A DNA stretch of 32,000 nt from Sinorhizobium meliloti (GTDB taxonomy: Bacteria > Pseudomonadota > Alphaproteobacteria > Rhizobiales > Rhizobiaceae), in contig NZ_JAGIOS010000002.1 of NCBI RefSeq assembly GCF_017876815.1, positions 570,001-602,000 of the forward strand, given 5' to 3'. The stretch's first letter is position 1; the number at the start of each line of letters is the position of its first letter. The position numbers and the translations under genes are program-made. This document shows positions 22,548-32,000 of the stretch, piece by piece. The notes below the pieces were generated by a model. That model searched no databases. It saw only the letters and a list, made by a program, of their open reading frames with translations, and was not told the DNA's origin.

Positions 22548-23039
22548 TCAAGCGTATTCGACCTGGTAAGGCTTTTCGAAGAAATGCTCCTCGAGATTAC
22601 ATCCGCTGCCGCCGCGGTCGATGACGACGAATTCGGAGGTCGAACGAAGCGGCGTCAGAATTCCGTGCCAGACATTTTGCGCGATGTTGACCCCCTGGCC
22701 CGGCCCGGTCTCGAAGGCGATCGGCTCGCCGGGCTCCCCGCCTTCGTCGGGCGCCACGACCACGAGGAAGGGATTTCCCGTCAGCGGGATGAAGGCCTGG
22801 CTTCCGAGCGGATGCCGTTCCACCATCTTCAGCGTCAATGGGATGTCATAGGGTTCGCCCTTCAAGAGGCTGACCAGCGTTCGGGCTTCCGGGCCGCTCG
22901 TCTCCACCCTCGCAAGGTCGTGATAGCGGATGCATTTGCCGGCGTTGATCGGAAAGCTCTTCGCGTCGTCAGGCTCGATGACATCGCCGAAGGGTGCGAA
23001 CTCGCTGTGCGAAAGCGGGCGGATCGGTAGAGGTATCAT
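22548..23039 (-). CDS. allA: ureidoglycolate lyase
   Basis: Start at MIPLPIRPLSHSEFAPFGDVI, with GGAGGAAAG upstream. 163 aa. Typical AllA-family size and pattern (INAGKCIRYHDLA, HPLGSQAFIPL). Confidence 0.88.
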   Translation of the reverse strand: MIPLPIRPLSHSEFAPFGDVIEPDDAKSFPINAGKCIRYHDLARVETSGPEARTLVSLLKGEPYDIPLTLKMVERHPLGSQAFIPLTGNPFLVVVAPDEGGEPGEPIAFETGPGQGVNIAQNVWHGILTPLRSTSEFVVIDRGGSGCNLEEHFFEKPYQVEYA

Positions 23040-23086
23040 GGTCTTTCCTCCCTGGTGGACCAATTGTCTTTGGGCGCCGGCACCGA

Positions 23087-24355
23087 TCACTGGATCAGCA
23101 CCGCCCTGAAATCATTGACGTTCGTGCCGGTCGGGCCCGGCTTGAAAAGGTCTCCAAGCGCATCGAAGGCCGCCCAGCTGTCGTTTTTGTGAAGCAGCGC
23201 AGCGGCATCCAGGCGCCGCGCCAGCAGGCGGGCGATCGTCGTATGATCGGCGAAGGCGCCGGCATTGTCCTCGGATCCGTCGATGCCGTCGGTGTCCGCA
23301 GCGAGCGCCGAGATCCCGCCGATGCCGTCTATGCCGAGCGCCAGCGACAGCAGGAACTCGCTGTTGCGCCCGCCGCGTCCTTCGCCCCGGACCGTCACCG
23401 TCGTTTCGCCGCCCGAGAGCAGGAGGGCGGGCTTCGGAAAGGGCCGGCCGCGCAGCGCCGTCTCGCGCGCAATCGCCGCATGAACAAGCCCGACGTCGCG
23501 CGCCTCCCCTTCGATCGCATCGGAAAGAATGACGGCCTCGATACCCGCGGCCCGGGCCCTGGACGCCGCGGCCTCCAGCGAGACGCCTGCCGAAGCGATC
23601 AGCTGCACCTCGTTGCGGGCAAAGCGCGGATCGGAAGGTCTCGGCGCATCCGCAGCAGCGCTTGCCAGCCAGCGCATGACCTTTTCCGGCAAAGCGAGAC
23701 GATAGCGCTCGACGATCTTCAGGGCGTCCTCGCGGCTGGCTGCGTCGGCGATCGTCGGGCCGGATGCGACCAGCGCCGCGTCGTCGCCGGGAATATCGGA
23801 GACGACGAGGGAGACGACCCTGGCCGGATGGGCCGCAGCGGCCAGGCGGCCGCCCTTGATCAAGGAAACGTGCTTGCGTACCGCGTTCATCGCGCTGATC
23901 GGCGCGCCTGACGCGAGAAGCGCCCGATTGACGGCAATTTCATCCTCGAGCGAAAGCGCCGGTGGCGGTGCGGGCAGGAGCGCCGAACCACCGCCGCAGA
24001 TCAGCGCCACGACCAGGTCGTCCCCGGTCAGGCCGCTGACCGCCGCGAGGAGCCGCTTCGACGCCTTCAGCCCGCCCTCGTCCGGCAAGGGATGGGAGGC
24101 TTCGAGCACCTCGATATTCTTGCAATGCGCACCGAAGCCGTAGCGCGTGACGACCACGCCGCTGAGCGGCCCCTCCCAGACGGATTCGAGCGCCCGGGCC
24201 ATCTGAGCAGCGCCCTTGCCGGCTCCGATGACGACCGTGCGCCCCTTCGGCCGCTCCGGCAGATTTGCGGCGATGACTCGTTCCGGATCAGCGGCGGACA
24301 CGGCAGAGGCGAACAGGCTCTCCAGGAATTGACGCGGGTTGGCGATGGCGGCCAT
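23087..24355 (-). CDS. ttuD: glycerate 2-kinase / TtuD-type (annotated hydroxypyruvate reductase) MOFRL-domain protein
   Basis: Start at MAAIANPRQFLESLF, with GGGAGGAAC upstream. Motifs VIGAGKGAAQMA and LICGGGSALL, plus C-terminal MOFRL-like GGETTVTVRG.GRGGRN.E. 422 aa. Confidence 0.88.
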   Translation of the reverse strand: MAAIANPRQFLESLFASAVSAADPERVIAANLPERPKGRTVVIGAGKGAAQMARALESVWEGPLSGVVVTRYGFGAHCKNIEVLEASHPLPDEGGLKASKRLLAAVSGLTGDDLVVALICGGGSALLPAPPPALSLEDEIAVNRALLASGAPISAMNAVRKHVSLIKGGRLAAAAHPARVVSLVVSDIPGDDAALVASGPTIADAASREDALKIVERYRLALPEKVMRWLASAAADAPRPSDPRFARNEVQLIASAGVSLEAAASRARAAGIEAVILSDAIEGEARDVGLVHAAIARETALRGRPFPKPALLLSGGETTVTVRGEGRGGRNSEFLLSLALGIDGIGGISALAADTDGIDGSEDNAGAFADHTTIARLLARRLDAAALLHKNDSWAAFDALGDLFKPGPTGTNVNDFRAVLIQ

Positions 24356-24469
24356 TGTTCCTCCCGTTTGAGAAATGCGCGGGCGGCGGCTCCTCCTTCC
24401 GCCGCCCGGATGCATGATCTCCACGGCGGATGAGGCCGCCGGCCGATCATGCGCGTCCTCGATCGCGAC

Positions 24470-25354
24470 TTATGCGACCTCGTGGTTCGCCATCCGCTCG
24501 AGCGCCCGCACGAGCCCGGAATGGTCGAGCCCGCTGTCGCCATTGGCGGCGCAATTGTTGAAGAGTTCCTGGGTGGCCGCCGTGTTCGGCAGCGAGATGC
24601 CGAGGCTTTTCGCTCCCTGCAGCGCGAGATTCAGGTCTTTCTGGTGCAGCGAGATGCGGAAGCCCGGCTCGAAGGTACGCTTGATCATCCGATCGCCATG
24701 GACTTCGAGGATGCGCGACGATGCAAAGCCGCCCATCAGTGCCTCACGGACGCGGGCCGGATCGGCTCCTGCCTTGGACGCGAAGACCAGCGCCTCGGAG
24801 ACTGCCTCGATGGTCAGCGCCACGATGATCTGGTTTGCGACCTTGGTGACCTGGCCGTCGCCGCAATCGCCGACGAGCGTGATGTTCTTTCCCATCAGCT
24901 TGAAGAGCGGCAGGGCGCGTTCGAAGGAGCTCGGCTTGCCGCCGGCCATGATGCTGAGAGAGGCGTTCTTGGCGCCGACCTCGCCTCCGGAAACCGGCGC
25001 GTCGATATATTCGGCACCGGTTTCACGGACCTTCTTGGCGAACTCCTTCGTCTCGATCGGCGAGATGGAGCTCATGTCGATGACGAGCTTGCCCTCGCCT
25101 AGGCCGTAGTAGACGCCATTCTCACCGAACAGGACGTCCTTCACTTCCGGCGTATCCGGTAGCATGAGGATGATCGTGTCGACCGTCTCCGCGAGCGCCT
25201 TAGGCGTTTCGACGATTTCCAGCCCGTTCTCGACGAGCTCCTGGCGCGGCGGGATGACGAATTTCGACGTGATGATCTCGTGGCCGGCATCCTGAAGGTG
25301 GCGCGCCATCGGCGTGCCCATGATACCCAGTCCAATGAAACCGATAGATGCCAT
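24470..25354 (-). CDS. glxR: 2-hydroxy-3-oxopropionate (tartronate semialdehyde) reductase
   Basis: Start at MASIGFIGLGIMGTPMARHL. Beta-hydroxyacid dehydrogenase fold. 294 aa. It lies between hyi and ttuD in the gcl operon. Confidence 0.9.
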   Translation of the reverse strand: MASIGFIGLGIMGTPMARHLQDAGHEIITSKFVIPPRQELVENGLEIVETPKALAETVDTIILMLPDTPEVKDVLFGENGVYYGLGEGKLVIDMSSISPIETKEFAKKVRETGAEYIDAPVSGGEVGAKNASLSIMAGGKPSSFERALPLFKLMGKNITLVGDCGDGQVTKVANQIIVALTIEAVSEALVFASKAGADPARVREALMGGFASSRILEVHGDRMIKRTFEPGFRISLHQKDLNLALQGAKSLGISLPNTAATQELFNNCAANGDSGLDHSGLVRALERMANHEVA

Positions 25355-25359
25355 CGTGC

Positions 25360-26175
<816 letters not shown>

Positions 26176-26229
26176 GCGATCACTCCTCTGTGGTAAGCGG
26201 GATGCGGGCGGAACCGCGTAGGACGTTCT

Positions 26230-28014
26230 TCAATCGAGAAGGGCGGCAATCGCGGTCGGGGCATCCTCGCCGCGCTCGGCGAGTTCCTCGAACTCGACGA
26301 CCGCGTTGATGTCCGCGCCCATGGCGATGTTGGTGACGCGCTCCAGGATGAACTCGATGACGACGGGCACCTGGTGCTCTTCCATCAGCGCCTGCGCCCG
26401 GTCGAAGGCGTCGGCGAATTCATTCGGGCTCCTGACACGGATCGCCTTGCAGCCGAGCCCCTCGGCAACCGCCACGTGGTCGACCCCGTAACCCTTCTCC
26501 GCGTCGCCGTCGGCATTGATGTTTTCAAAGGCCAGACTGACCTCGAAATCCATGTTGAAGCCGCGTTGGGCCTGACGGATAAGCCCGAGATAGGAATTGT
26601 TCACGACGACATGCAGGTAAGGCAGCTTGTGCTGGGCGCCGACCGCGAGTTCCTCGATCAGGAACTGGAAATCGTAATCGCCGGAAAGAGCAACGATCTG
26701 CCGGTTCGGATCGGCGGCCCGCACGCCGAGTGCTGCCGGCAGAGTCCAGCCGAGCGGACCGGCCTGGCCGCAATTGATCCAGTTGCGCGGCTTGTAGACG
26801 TGTAGGAATTGCGCGCCGGCAATCTGGCTCAAGCCGATGGTCGAGACGTAGCAGGTGTCGCGGCCGAAAATCTTGTTCATCTCCTCGTAGACGCGCTGGG
26901 GTTTCAGCGGGGTCTGATCGAAATGGGTCTTGCGCAGCATCGACCGCTTGCGCTCGCGGCACTCCTCGGCCCAGGCCGACCAGTCGCGCAGCTTGCCGGC
27001 CGTCTTCCATTCGGTCGCGACGTCGAGGAAGAGCTTGAGCGCGGCACCCGCGTCGGAGACGATGCCGAAATCGGGTGCGAAGACCCGGCCGATCTGCGTC
27101 GGCTCGATATCGACATGGATGAACTTGCGGCCTTCCGTATAGGTCGGGATGTTGCCGGTGTGGCGGTTTGCCCAGCGATTGCCGATGCCGAAGACGAAAT
27201 CGGAGGCGAGCAGCGTCGCATTGCCGTAACGATGCGAGGTCTGCAGGCCGCACATGCCCGCCATCAGCGGGTGGTCGTCCGGGATGACGCCCCAGCCCAT
27301 CAGCGTCGGAACGACCGGAACGCCGGTGATCTCGGCGAATTCGGTAAGGAGATCGGAGGCGTCCGCATTGATGATGCCGCCGCCGGCGACGATCAGCGGC
27401 CTTTCTGCCTCGTTGAGCATGGCGAGCGCCTTTTCGGCCTGCGCACGGGTGGCGGCAGGCTTGTAGGCGGAAAGGGGCTCATAGGTTTCCGGATCGAATT
27501 CGATCTCGGCAAGCTGGACGTCGACCGGCAGGTCGATGAGGACCGGCCCGGGCCGACCCGAGCGCATCAGGTGGAAGGCCTTCTGGAAGACGAAGGGGAC
27601 CAGCGCCGGCTCCATGACGGTGACCGCCCATTTGGTGACCGGCGCCGCGATCTTCGCAATGTCGACCGCCTGGAAGTCCTCCTTGTCGAGACGCGCACGC
27701 GGCGCCTGCCCGGTGATGCAGAGGATCGGGATTGAGTCCGCGGATGCCGAATAGAGGCCGGTGATCATGTCCGTGCCGGCCGGCCCGGAGGTTCCTATGC
27801 AGACACCGATATTGCCGTGCCTGGCGCGGGTGTAGCCCTCCGCCATGTGCGAAGCGCCTTCGACGTGGCGAGCGAGTATGTGACGGATCGATCCGCGCGC
27901 CCTCAGGGCCGAGTAGAATGGATTGATCGCCGCGCCGGGTACGCCGAAGGCGCAATCGATCCCTTCTTTTTCCAGAACATAAACCGCTGCATCGACTGCG
28001 CGCATCTTGGCCAT
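26230..28014 (-). CDS. gcl: glyoxylate carboligase (tartronate-semialdehyde synthase)
   Basis: Start at [20 protein letters not shown], with GGAGGAG upstream. ThDP enzyme with SGDYDFQF...VVNNSYLG motif. 594 aa, close to the roughly 593 aa I recall for E. coli Gcl. Confidence 0.93.
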   Translation of the reverse strand: MAKMRAVDAAVYVLEKEGIDCAFGVPGAAINPFYSALRARGSIRHILARHVEGASHMAEGYTRARHGNIGVCIGTSGPAGTDMITGLYSASADSIPILCITGQAPRARLDKEDFQAVDIAKIAAPVTKWAVTVMEPALVPFVFQKAFHLMRSGRPGPVLIDLPVDVQLAEIEFDPETYEPLSAYKPAATRAQAEKALAMLNEAERPLIVAGGGIINADASDLLTEFAEITGVPVVPTLMGWGVIPDDHPLMAGMCGLQTSHRYGNATLLASDFVFGIGNRWANRHTGNIPTYTEGRKFIHVDIEPTQIGRVFAPDFGIVSDAGAALKLFLDVATEWKTAGKLRDWSAWAEECRERKRSMLRKTHFDQTPLKPQRVYEEMNKIFGRDTCYVSTIGLSQIAGAQFLHVYKPRNWINCGQAGPLGWTLPAALGVRAADPNRQIVALSGDYDFQFLIEELAVGAQHKLPYLHVVVNNSYLGLIRQAQRGFNMDFEVSLAFENINADGDAEKGYGVDHVAVAEGLGCKAIRVRSPNEFADAFDRAQALMEEHQVPVVIEFILERVTNIAMGADINAVVEFEELAERGEDAPTAIAALLD

Positions 28015-28073
28015 GGGAACTCCTCCTGTTTGAATGGAAGGTAAATCCATGCCGCATCCATTTCAACGCATTT

Positions 28074-28101
28074 ATGGAAATCATTCCCATTGTATGGAAA
28101 T
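28074..28101. promoter_or_regulatory. candidate IclR-family operator: ATGGAA/TTCCAT half-site array
   Basis: 17-bp near-palindrome ATGGAAATCATTCCCAT (28074-28090, one mismatch pair) and a direct repeat of ATGGAAAT at 28094-28101. A further ATGGA-N7-TCCAT lies at 28034-28050. Confidence 0.4.
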
Positions 28102-28116
28102 AAAGATTTTCAACAA
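28089..28116 (-). promoter_or_regulatory. candidate gcl promoter overlapped by the half-site array
   Basis: On the minus strand, TTGTTG (28116-28111), a 16-nt spacer, then TACAAT (28094-28089). Confidence 0.25.
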
Positions 28117-28183
28117 ATAGGAGAAAATCGGATGCAATGGCTGTAGAGCATGATCTCAGGCGGCAACTGATTTGGAGACTGGC

Positions 28184-29005
28184 ATGGAGGCGAACGGCAA
28201 GGGGAAGAGGGGGCGCAAGGCGGGAGAGAACGCCGCGCCGGCTTCCGTTCAGGTGCTGGACAGGAGCCTGTCCCTGCTGGCGATCATCGCCGAAGGCGAC
28301 GGCTCGACCTTGACCGCACTTTCGGAGCGGTCAGGCATGGCGCCTTCGACCGTGCACCGGCTGCTGACGTCGCTCGCCCAGCACGGGATGGTGGCGAACG
28401 ACGCGGAGGCCGGCACGTGGACCGTCGGCGTCAAGGCGTTCGAGATCGGCAACGCCTTCCTGCGCTTTCGCAAGCTCGGCACGATCAGCCGTCCGTTCCT
28501 GAAGCGGCTCATGGACGAAAGCGGCGAGACGGCGAATATCGGCATAGAGGAAGACGGCGACGTGGTTTTCATCTCCCAGGTCGAAAGCCACGCGCCGATG
28601 CGCGCCTTCTTCCGTCCCGGGCGGCGGGGGCCGATCCACGCTTCCGGCATCGGCAAGGCCATTCTTTCGACCTGGTCCGATACGGAGATCGCCAAGACCC
28701 TGAGCGGCAGAACGCTCGCGTGCTTTACCGGGCGGACGCTCGCCACGCTGCCGGACCTGATCCGCAACGTTCAGGAGATCCGCTTTCGCGGCTGGTCGGT
28801 CGATGACGAAGAGCACACGCTCGGCATGCGCTGCATCGCCGCCCCGCTCTTCAACGAGTACGGTGAGGCGATCGGCGGCATCTCCATCTCCGGCCCCACC
28901 GTCCGCATCGACGACGAGAGACTCGGCGTCCTCGGCCCCGCCGTGCGCCGCATGGCGGACGAGTTGACGCGCGCGATCGGCGGGCACAGGCCGGAAGAAG
29001 GCTGA
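28184..29005 (+). CDS. IclR-family transcriptional regulator (AllR-like by context)
   Basis: ATG at 28184 has GGAG 6 nt upstream (the track ORF begins at TTG 28172). wHTH LTALSERSGMAPSTVHRLLTSLAQHGMV plus an IclR effector domain. It is divergent from gcl. Confidence 0.9.
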   Translation: MEANGKGKRGRKAGENAAPASVQVLDRSLSLLAIIAEGDGSTLTALSERSGMAPSTVHRLLTSLAQHGMVANDAEAGTWTVGVKAFEIGNAFLRFRKLGTISRPFLKRLMDESGETANIGIEEDGDVVFISQVESHAPMRAFFRPGRRGPIHASGIGKAILSTWSDTEIAKTLSGRTLACFTGRTLATLPDLIRNVQEIRFRGWSVDDEEHTLGMRCIAAPLFNEYGEAIGGISISGPTVRIDDERLGVLGPAVRRMADELTRAIGGHRPEEG

Positions 29006-29065
29006 AGGCGCTTCGCATCCAGCTACTCTTGTGTGCTGTGCTTCGAAGTCAGTATCCGCGGCGCG

Positions 29066-29122
29066 CCCTCATCCGGCTTGCCGGCGACCTTCTCCCCGCA
29101 AGCGGGGCGAAGGGGACTCGCG
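29066..29122. repeat. REP-like palindromic intergenic repeat, copy C
   Basis: CCCTCATCCGGCTTGCCGGCGACCTTCTCCCCGCAAGCGGGGCGAAGGGGACTCGCG. It matches copy A (10726-10780) and lies between the convergent IclR and LysR genes. Confidence 0.6.
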
Positions 29123-29131
29123 GACCTTCAC

Positions 29132-30031
29132 CTATCCCACCTCGGCATCGATCCCGTTATCCGGCGAGCCTTGCGCTGCCTCCAGAAAGGCAGCGATGAC
29201 GGGTCCGGGGTTCGGCCGGCTGATGACGTACACGTCGGCTTCCGGCGCCGGCTCGGCGAGCGGCCGGTAGACGACGCCCGGCCGCGAAAGAGTGCTGATG
29301 CATTCCGGGACGAGTGCCACGCCGAGCCCCGCGGCAACGAGGCTGGTGAGGGAATAGGATTCCACCACCTCGTTCGTGATATCAGGTACGAACCCCGCCG
29401 CCACGCAGCAATCATGCAGGTAGCGGGCAAAGCGGGAGTCCGCGAGCCTCAGAAAGACGAAGTTTTCCTTTCGCAGATCACCGAGCTCGATCGTCTCTGA
29501 ACCCGCCATGCGATGGTGTTCGGGCAGGGCCACGCCCACCTTCTCGTGCCAGGCGACATGCGCAACGAGGTCCGGATTGTTTCGAGGCCGGCGCACGAAA
29601 CTGAGGTCGGTGCGATGGGAAAGCAAGGCCGCCTCCTGCGCCTCGGGGTCCATTTCATGGATACGGACGAACACGCCGGGCCATGCACCCCGGAACCGCG
29701 CGATCAGGTTGGACAACGGCCCCAGCAGCACCGAGCCGGTCGTCGCTATGTTCAGCGTTCCTACCTGCCCGGAACCGATGGCGCGCGCCTGCTGAACCGC
29801 GTGCTCGACCTGACCGAGAATCATCCGGGCATGTTCGAGAAAGTTGGCGCCCGCCTCGGTCAGCTCGACATTGCGGCTGGAACGCTCGAACAGCCGCGTG
29901 CCGACTTCCGCTTCCAGATCCCTGATCTGCTGGCTCAACGGCGGCTGGGAGATGTTGAGGCCCCTGGCGGCTGCCGTAAAACTTGCGGCATCGGCAACCG
30001 CAACGAAATAGCGCAGGTGACGTAGCTCCAT
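29132..30031 (-). CDS. LysR-family transcriptional regulator
   Basis: MELRHLRYFVAVADAASFTAAARGLNISQPPLSQQIRDLEAEVGTRLFERSSRNVELTEAG plus a LysR substrate-binding domain. 299 aa. It is divergent from allE. Confidence 0.92.
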   Translation of the reverse strand: MELRHLRYFVAVADAASFTAAARGLNISQPPLSQQIRDLEAEVGTRLFERSSRNVELTEAGANFLEHARMILGQVEHAVQQARAIGSGQVGTLNIATTGSVLLGPLSNLIARFRGAWPGVFVRIHEMDPEAQEAALLSHRTDLSFVRRPRNNPDLVAHVAWHEKVGVALPEHHRMAGSETIELGDLRKENFVFLRLADSRFARYLHDCCVAAGFVPDITNEVVESYSLTSLVAAGLGVALVPECISTLSRPGVVYRPLAEPAPEADVYVISRPNPGPVIAAFLEAAQGSPDNGIDAEVG

Positions 30032-30165
30032 GGCATAGCCCTATCGATACATTGTTACTCTGGATCGAGTTGAACAATATATTGGACGTATCGCGGAGCA
30101 AGCCGGTAAAGTCGTTGCAGAGAGGCGGAGGCACCGTCTCCGCCACGCATCTCGATGGGACACAC

Positions 30166-31002
30166 ATGCAGAAGAACTACTATTTTCCGGTAGGCGGCCA
30201 TCCTCCTCAGACCAACCTGCTTTCCGACCGCGCCATCTTCACCGAGGCCTATGCGATCATTCCAAAGGGCGTCATGCGCGACATCGTGACGAGCTACCTG
30301 CCCTTCTGGACGAATACACGGCTCTGGGTACTGTCGCGCCCGCTTTCCGGCTTCGCCGAGACCTTCTCGCAATATATCATGGAGGTCGGCCCTTCCGGCG
30401 GCAGCAACCGGCCGGAGACGGATCCCCGCGCCGAAGCCGTGCTGTTCGTGGTGGACGGCGAGTTCCATCTGACGCTCGGCGATGAGACGCATCTGATGCA
30501 GTCCGGCGGCTATGCCTTCATCCCGCCCGGCACCGAATGGAGCCTCAGAAACGAATCCGGTGCGCCGACGCGATTCCACTGGATCCGCAAGGCTTATGAG
30601 AAGGTCGACGGGGTTCCCCTTCCCGAACCGATCGTTACCAACGAACGCGACATCCCCCCCTCGCCCATGCCGGAAACGGATGGGCGCTGGGCCACCACCC
30701 GCTTCGTCGATCCTTCCGACATGCGCCACGACATGCATGTCACGATCGTGACCTTCGAGCCCGGCGGCGTCATCCCGTTCATGGAAACCCATGTGATGGA
30801 ACACGGACTCTATGTGCTCGAAGGCAAGGCCGTTTACCGACTCAACAACGACTGGGTGGAGGTGGAAGCCGGAGACTATATGTGGCTCAGGGCCTTCTGC
30901 CCGCAGGCCTGCTATGCCGGCGGACCGGGCAAATTCCGCTACCTGCTCTACAAGGACGTGAACCGCCATATGACGCTCGGCAATCCGGGCAGACTCGCCT
31001 GA
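30166..31002 (+). CDS. allE: bicupin, probable (S)-ureidoglycine aminohydrolase
   Basis: Start at MQKNYYFPVGGHPPQTNLLSDRAIFTEAYAIIPKG, inside the over-extended ORF 29983..31002. Two cupin barrels. 278 aa. Linked to allA and gcl. Confidence 0.82.
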   Translation: MQKNYYFPVGGHPPQTNLLSDRAIFTEAYAIIPKGVMRDIVTSYLPFWTNTRLWVLSRPLSGFAETFSQYIMEVGPSGGSNRPETDPRAEAVLFVVDGEFHLTLGDETHLMQSGGYAFIPPGTEWSLRNESGAPTRFHWIRKAYEKVDGVPLPEPIVTNERDIPPSPMPETDGRWATTRFVDPSDMRHDMHVTIVTFEPGGVIPFMETHVMEHGLYVLEGKAVYRLNNDWVEVEAGDYMWLRAFCPQACYAGGPGKFRYLLYKDVNRHMTLGNPGRLA

Positions 31003-31039
31003 TATTGCAGCCTGCCGTGATCCGCCATAGCTTGGGCGC

Positions 31040-32000
31040 ATGGCGACGCCTAAGCTGGAGGCCTACCGCAAGAAGCGGGATTTTTCGAAGACGCCGGAGC
31101 CGGTCGGAAATCTGACCGCCGGCGGCAACCGCTTCGTCGTGCACAAACACCATGCGACCGCCGACCACTACGATTTGCGGCTTGAGGTCGACGGCGTGCT
31201 GAAAAGCTGGGCGGTGCCGAAAGGTCCGTCGCTCAATCCGGCCGACAAGCGGCTGGCGGTGGAGACGGAGGACCATCCCCTCGACTATATCGACTTCGAG
31301 GGCGTGATCCCCGAAGGCGAATATGGCGGCGGTCCGATGATCGTCTGGGACAAGGGCGTCTGGGCGCCGATGGGCGATGTCGACGACGACCTGCGCAAGG
31401 GCGCCTTCAAGTTCCGCCTGGCAGGGGAGAAACTCAACGGCGGATGGATGCTGGCCCGTCTGAAGCGTCGCCCGGGAGAGGAGGACCAGCGCAACTGGCT
31501 CCTTTTCAAGGAGCGCGATCCGGCCGCCGACACATCGATCGATATCCTTGCCGCCCGGCCGGAAAGCGTCAAATCCGGCCGGCGGATCGAGGAACTGGTG
31601 GAGAAGCCGATGGCCCCGCCAAAGCCGGTCAAGCTCAATCCCGGCGCGCTTGCCGGTGCGGTCAAGGCCGCACAACCCGAACGCATCGAACCTCAACTCG
31701 CAACACAGACGATTCTCCCCCCGGAAGCCGAAAAGGACTCGAAAAAGCCCGAGCGCTGGCTGCACGAGATCAAGTTCGACGGCTATCGCACCATGGCCCA
31801 CGTGGCGGACGGAAAGGTGCGCCTCGTCACCCGCGGCGGGCTCGACTGGACGAAGCGCTACGGAGACCTGCCGGAGGCTTTCCGGCGGCTGCCGTGCCGC
31901 GATGTGATCATCGACGGCGAGATCGTCGTGCTGGACGAGACGGGGGTCAGCCGCTTCGCGCTGCTGCAGGATGCGCTTTCCACCGGCGCCGGCAACAGCC
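31040..32000 (+). CDS. ligD: ATP-dependent DNA ligase D (NHEJ), 5' partial: 3'-phosphoesterase domain then start of the ligase domain; continues past the window end
   Basis: Hand translation from ATG 31040 (preceded by an in-frame TAG at 31028) shows no stop up to base 32000. PE-domain motifs FVVHKHHATADHYDLRLE and WAVPKGPS; ligase motif I EIKFDGYR at about 31759. It is not in the ORF track, presumably because no stop lies within the window. Confidence 0.9.
   Translation, partial: MATPKLEAYRKKRDFSKTPEPVGNLTAGGNRFVVHKHHATADHYDLRLEVDGVLKSWAVPKGPSLNPADKRLAVETEDHPLDYIDFEGVIPEGEYGGGPMIVWDKGVWAPMGDVDDDLRKGAFKFRLAGEKLNGGWMLARLKRRPGEEDQRNWLLFKERDPAADTSIDILAARPESVKSGRRIEELVEKPMAPPKPVKLNPGALAGAVKAAQPERIEPQLATQTILPPEAEKDSKKPERWLHEIKFDGYRTMAHVADGKVRLVTRGGLDWTKRYGDLPEAFRRLPCRDVIIDGEIVVLDETGVSRFALLQDALSTGAGNS

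Noticed and set aside
21421-22569. 382-aa plus ORF and several others (21750..22334, 21846..22529, 22347..23030) over the DUF930 gene
   Set aside because: The Pro/Glu/Ala/Lys-rich linker makes nearly all frames open. Products such as RLRRLRPCFLQNRFLL... are low-complexity Arg/Leu strings. Only the 21529..22470 frame has a TM anchor and a folded C-terminal domain.
28172-28183. TTG start for the IclR regulator as given in the ORF track
   Set aside because: The ATG at 28184 has a properly spaced GGAG, while the TTG has no SD. The difference is only 4 codons, so this is a low-stakes choice.
29983-30165. N-terminal 61-codon extension of the allE ORF
   Set aside because: It would overlap the LysR start codon region (30029-30031) and the divergent promoter. 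The bicupin homology begins at MQKNYYFPVGG (30166).

Overview
High-GC alphaproteobacterial DNA with Rhizobiaceae-type accessory-metabolism content (Sinorhizobium/Ensifer/Rhizobium-like; this placement is inference from gene content, Tat-signal solute-binding proteins and intergenic repeats). I support 30 CDS well, plus 2 speculative small ORFs. There are three blocks. (1) 1-3.4 kb holds an AT-rich edge, a structured non-coding stretch, a PhnB-like VOC protein, a Tat-signal aldo/keto reductase and a membrane protein. (2) 3.4-15.7 kb is a C4 acid-sugar (tetronate) catabolic locus. A long minus-strand unit runs GntR regulator, DenD-like dehydrogenase, SDR, then a CUT1-type ABC importer. It is followed by lacI-otnC and a divergent ltnD-otnI-otnK operon guarded by two tandem 16-bp LacI-type palindromes. 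(3) 15.8-31 kb holds a ribose-type (CUT2) ABC importer with a divergent LacI regulator and RbsR-like operators, a DUF1349/DUF930 pair, and the glyoxylate/ureide module allA-ttuD-glxR-hyi-gcl with IclR and LysR regulators and allE. A 5' portion of ligD (NHEJ ligase) runs off the right edge and is absent from the supplied ORF track. Several families of REP/RIME-like palindromic intergenic repeats are present. I found no rRNA, tRNA, CRISPR array, IS element, integrase, phage gene or recognisable defence system. I cannot honestly claim a wholly new system here. The least explained items are the transporter+SDR branch attached to the known tetronate pathway, the Tat-signal AKR, the structured 419-612 RNA candidate with an orphan minus-strand terminator, and the DUF930/DUF1349 pair. 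Many long ORFs in the track are out-of-frame or antisense shadows typical of high-GC DNA.
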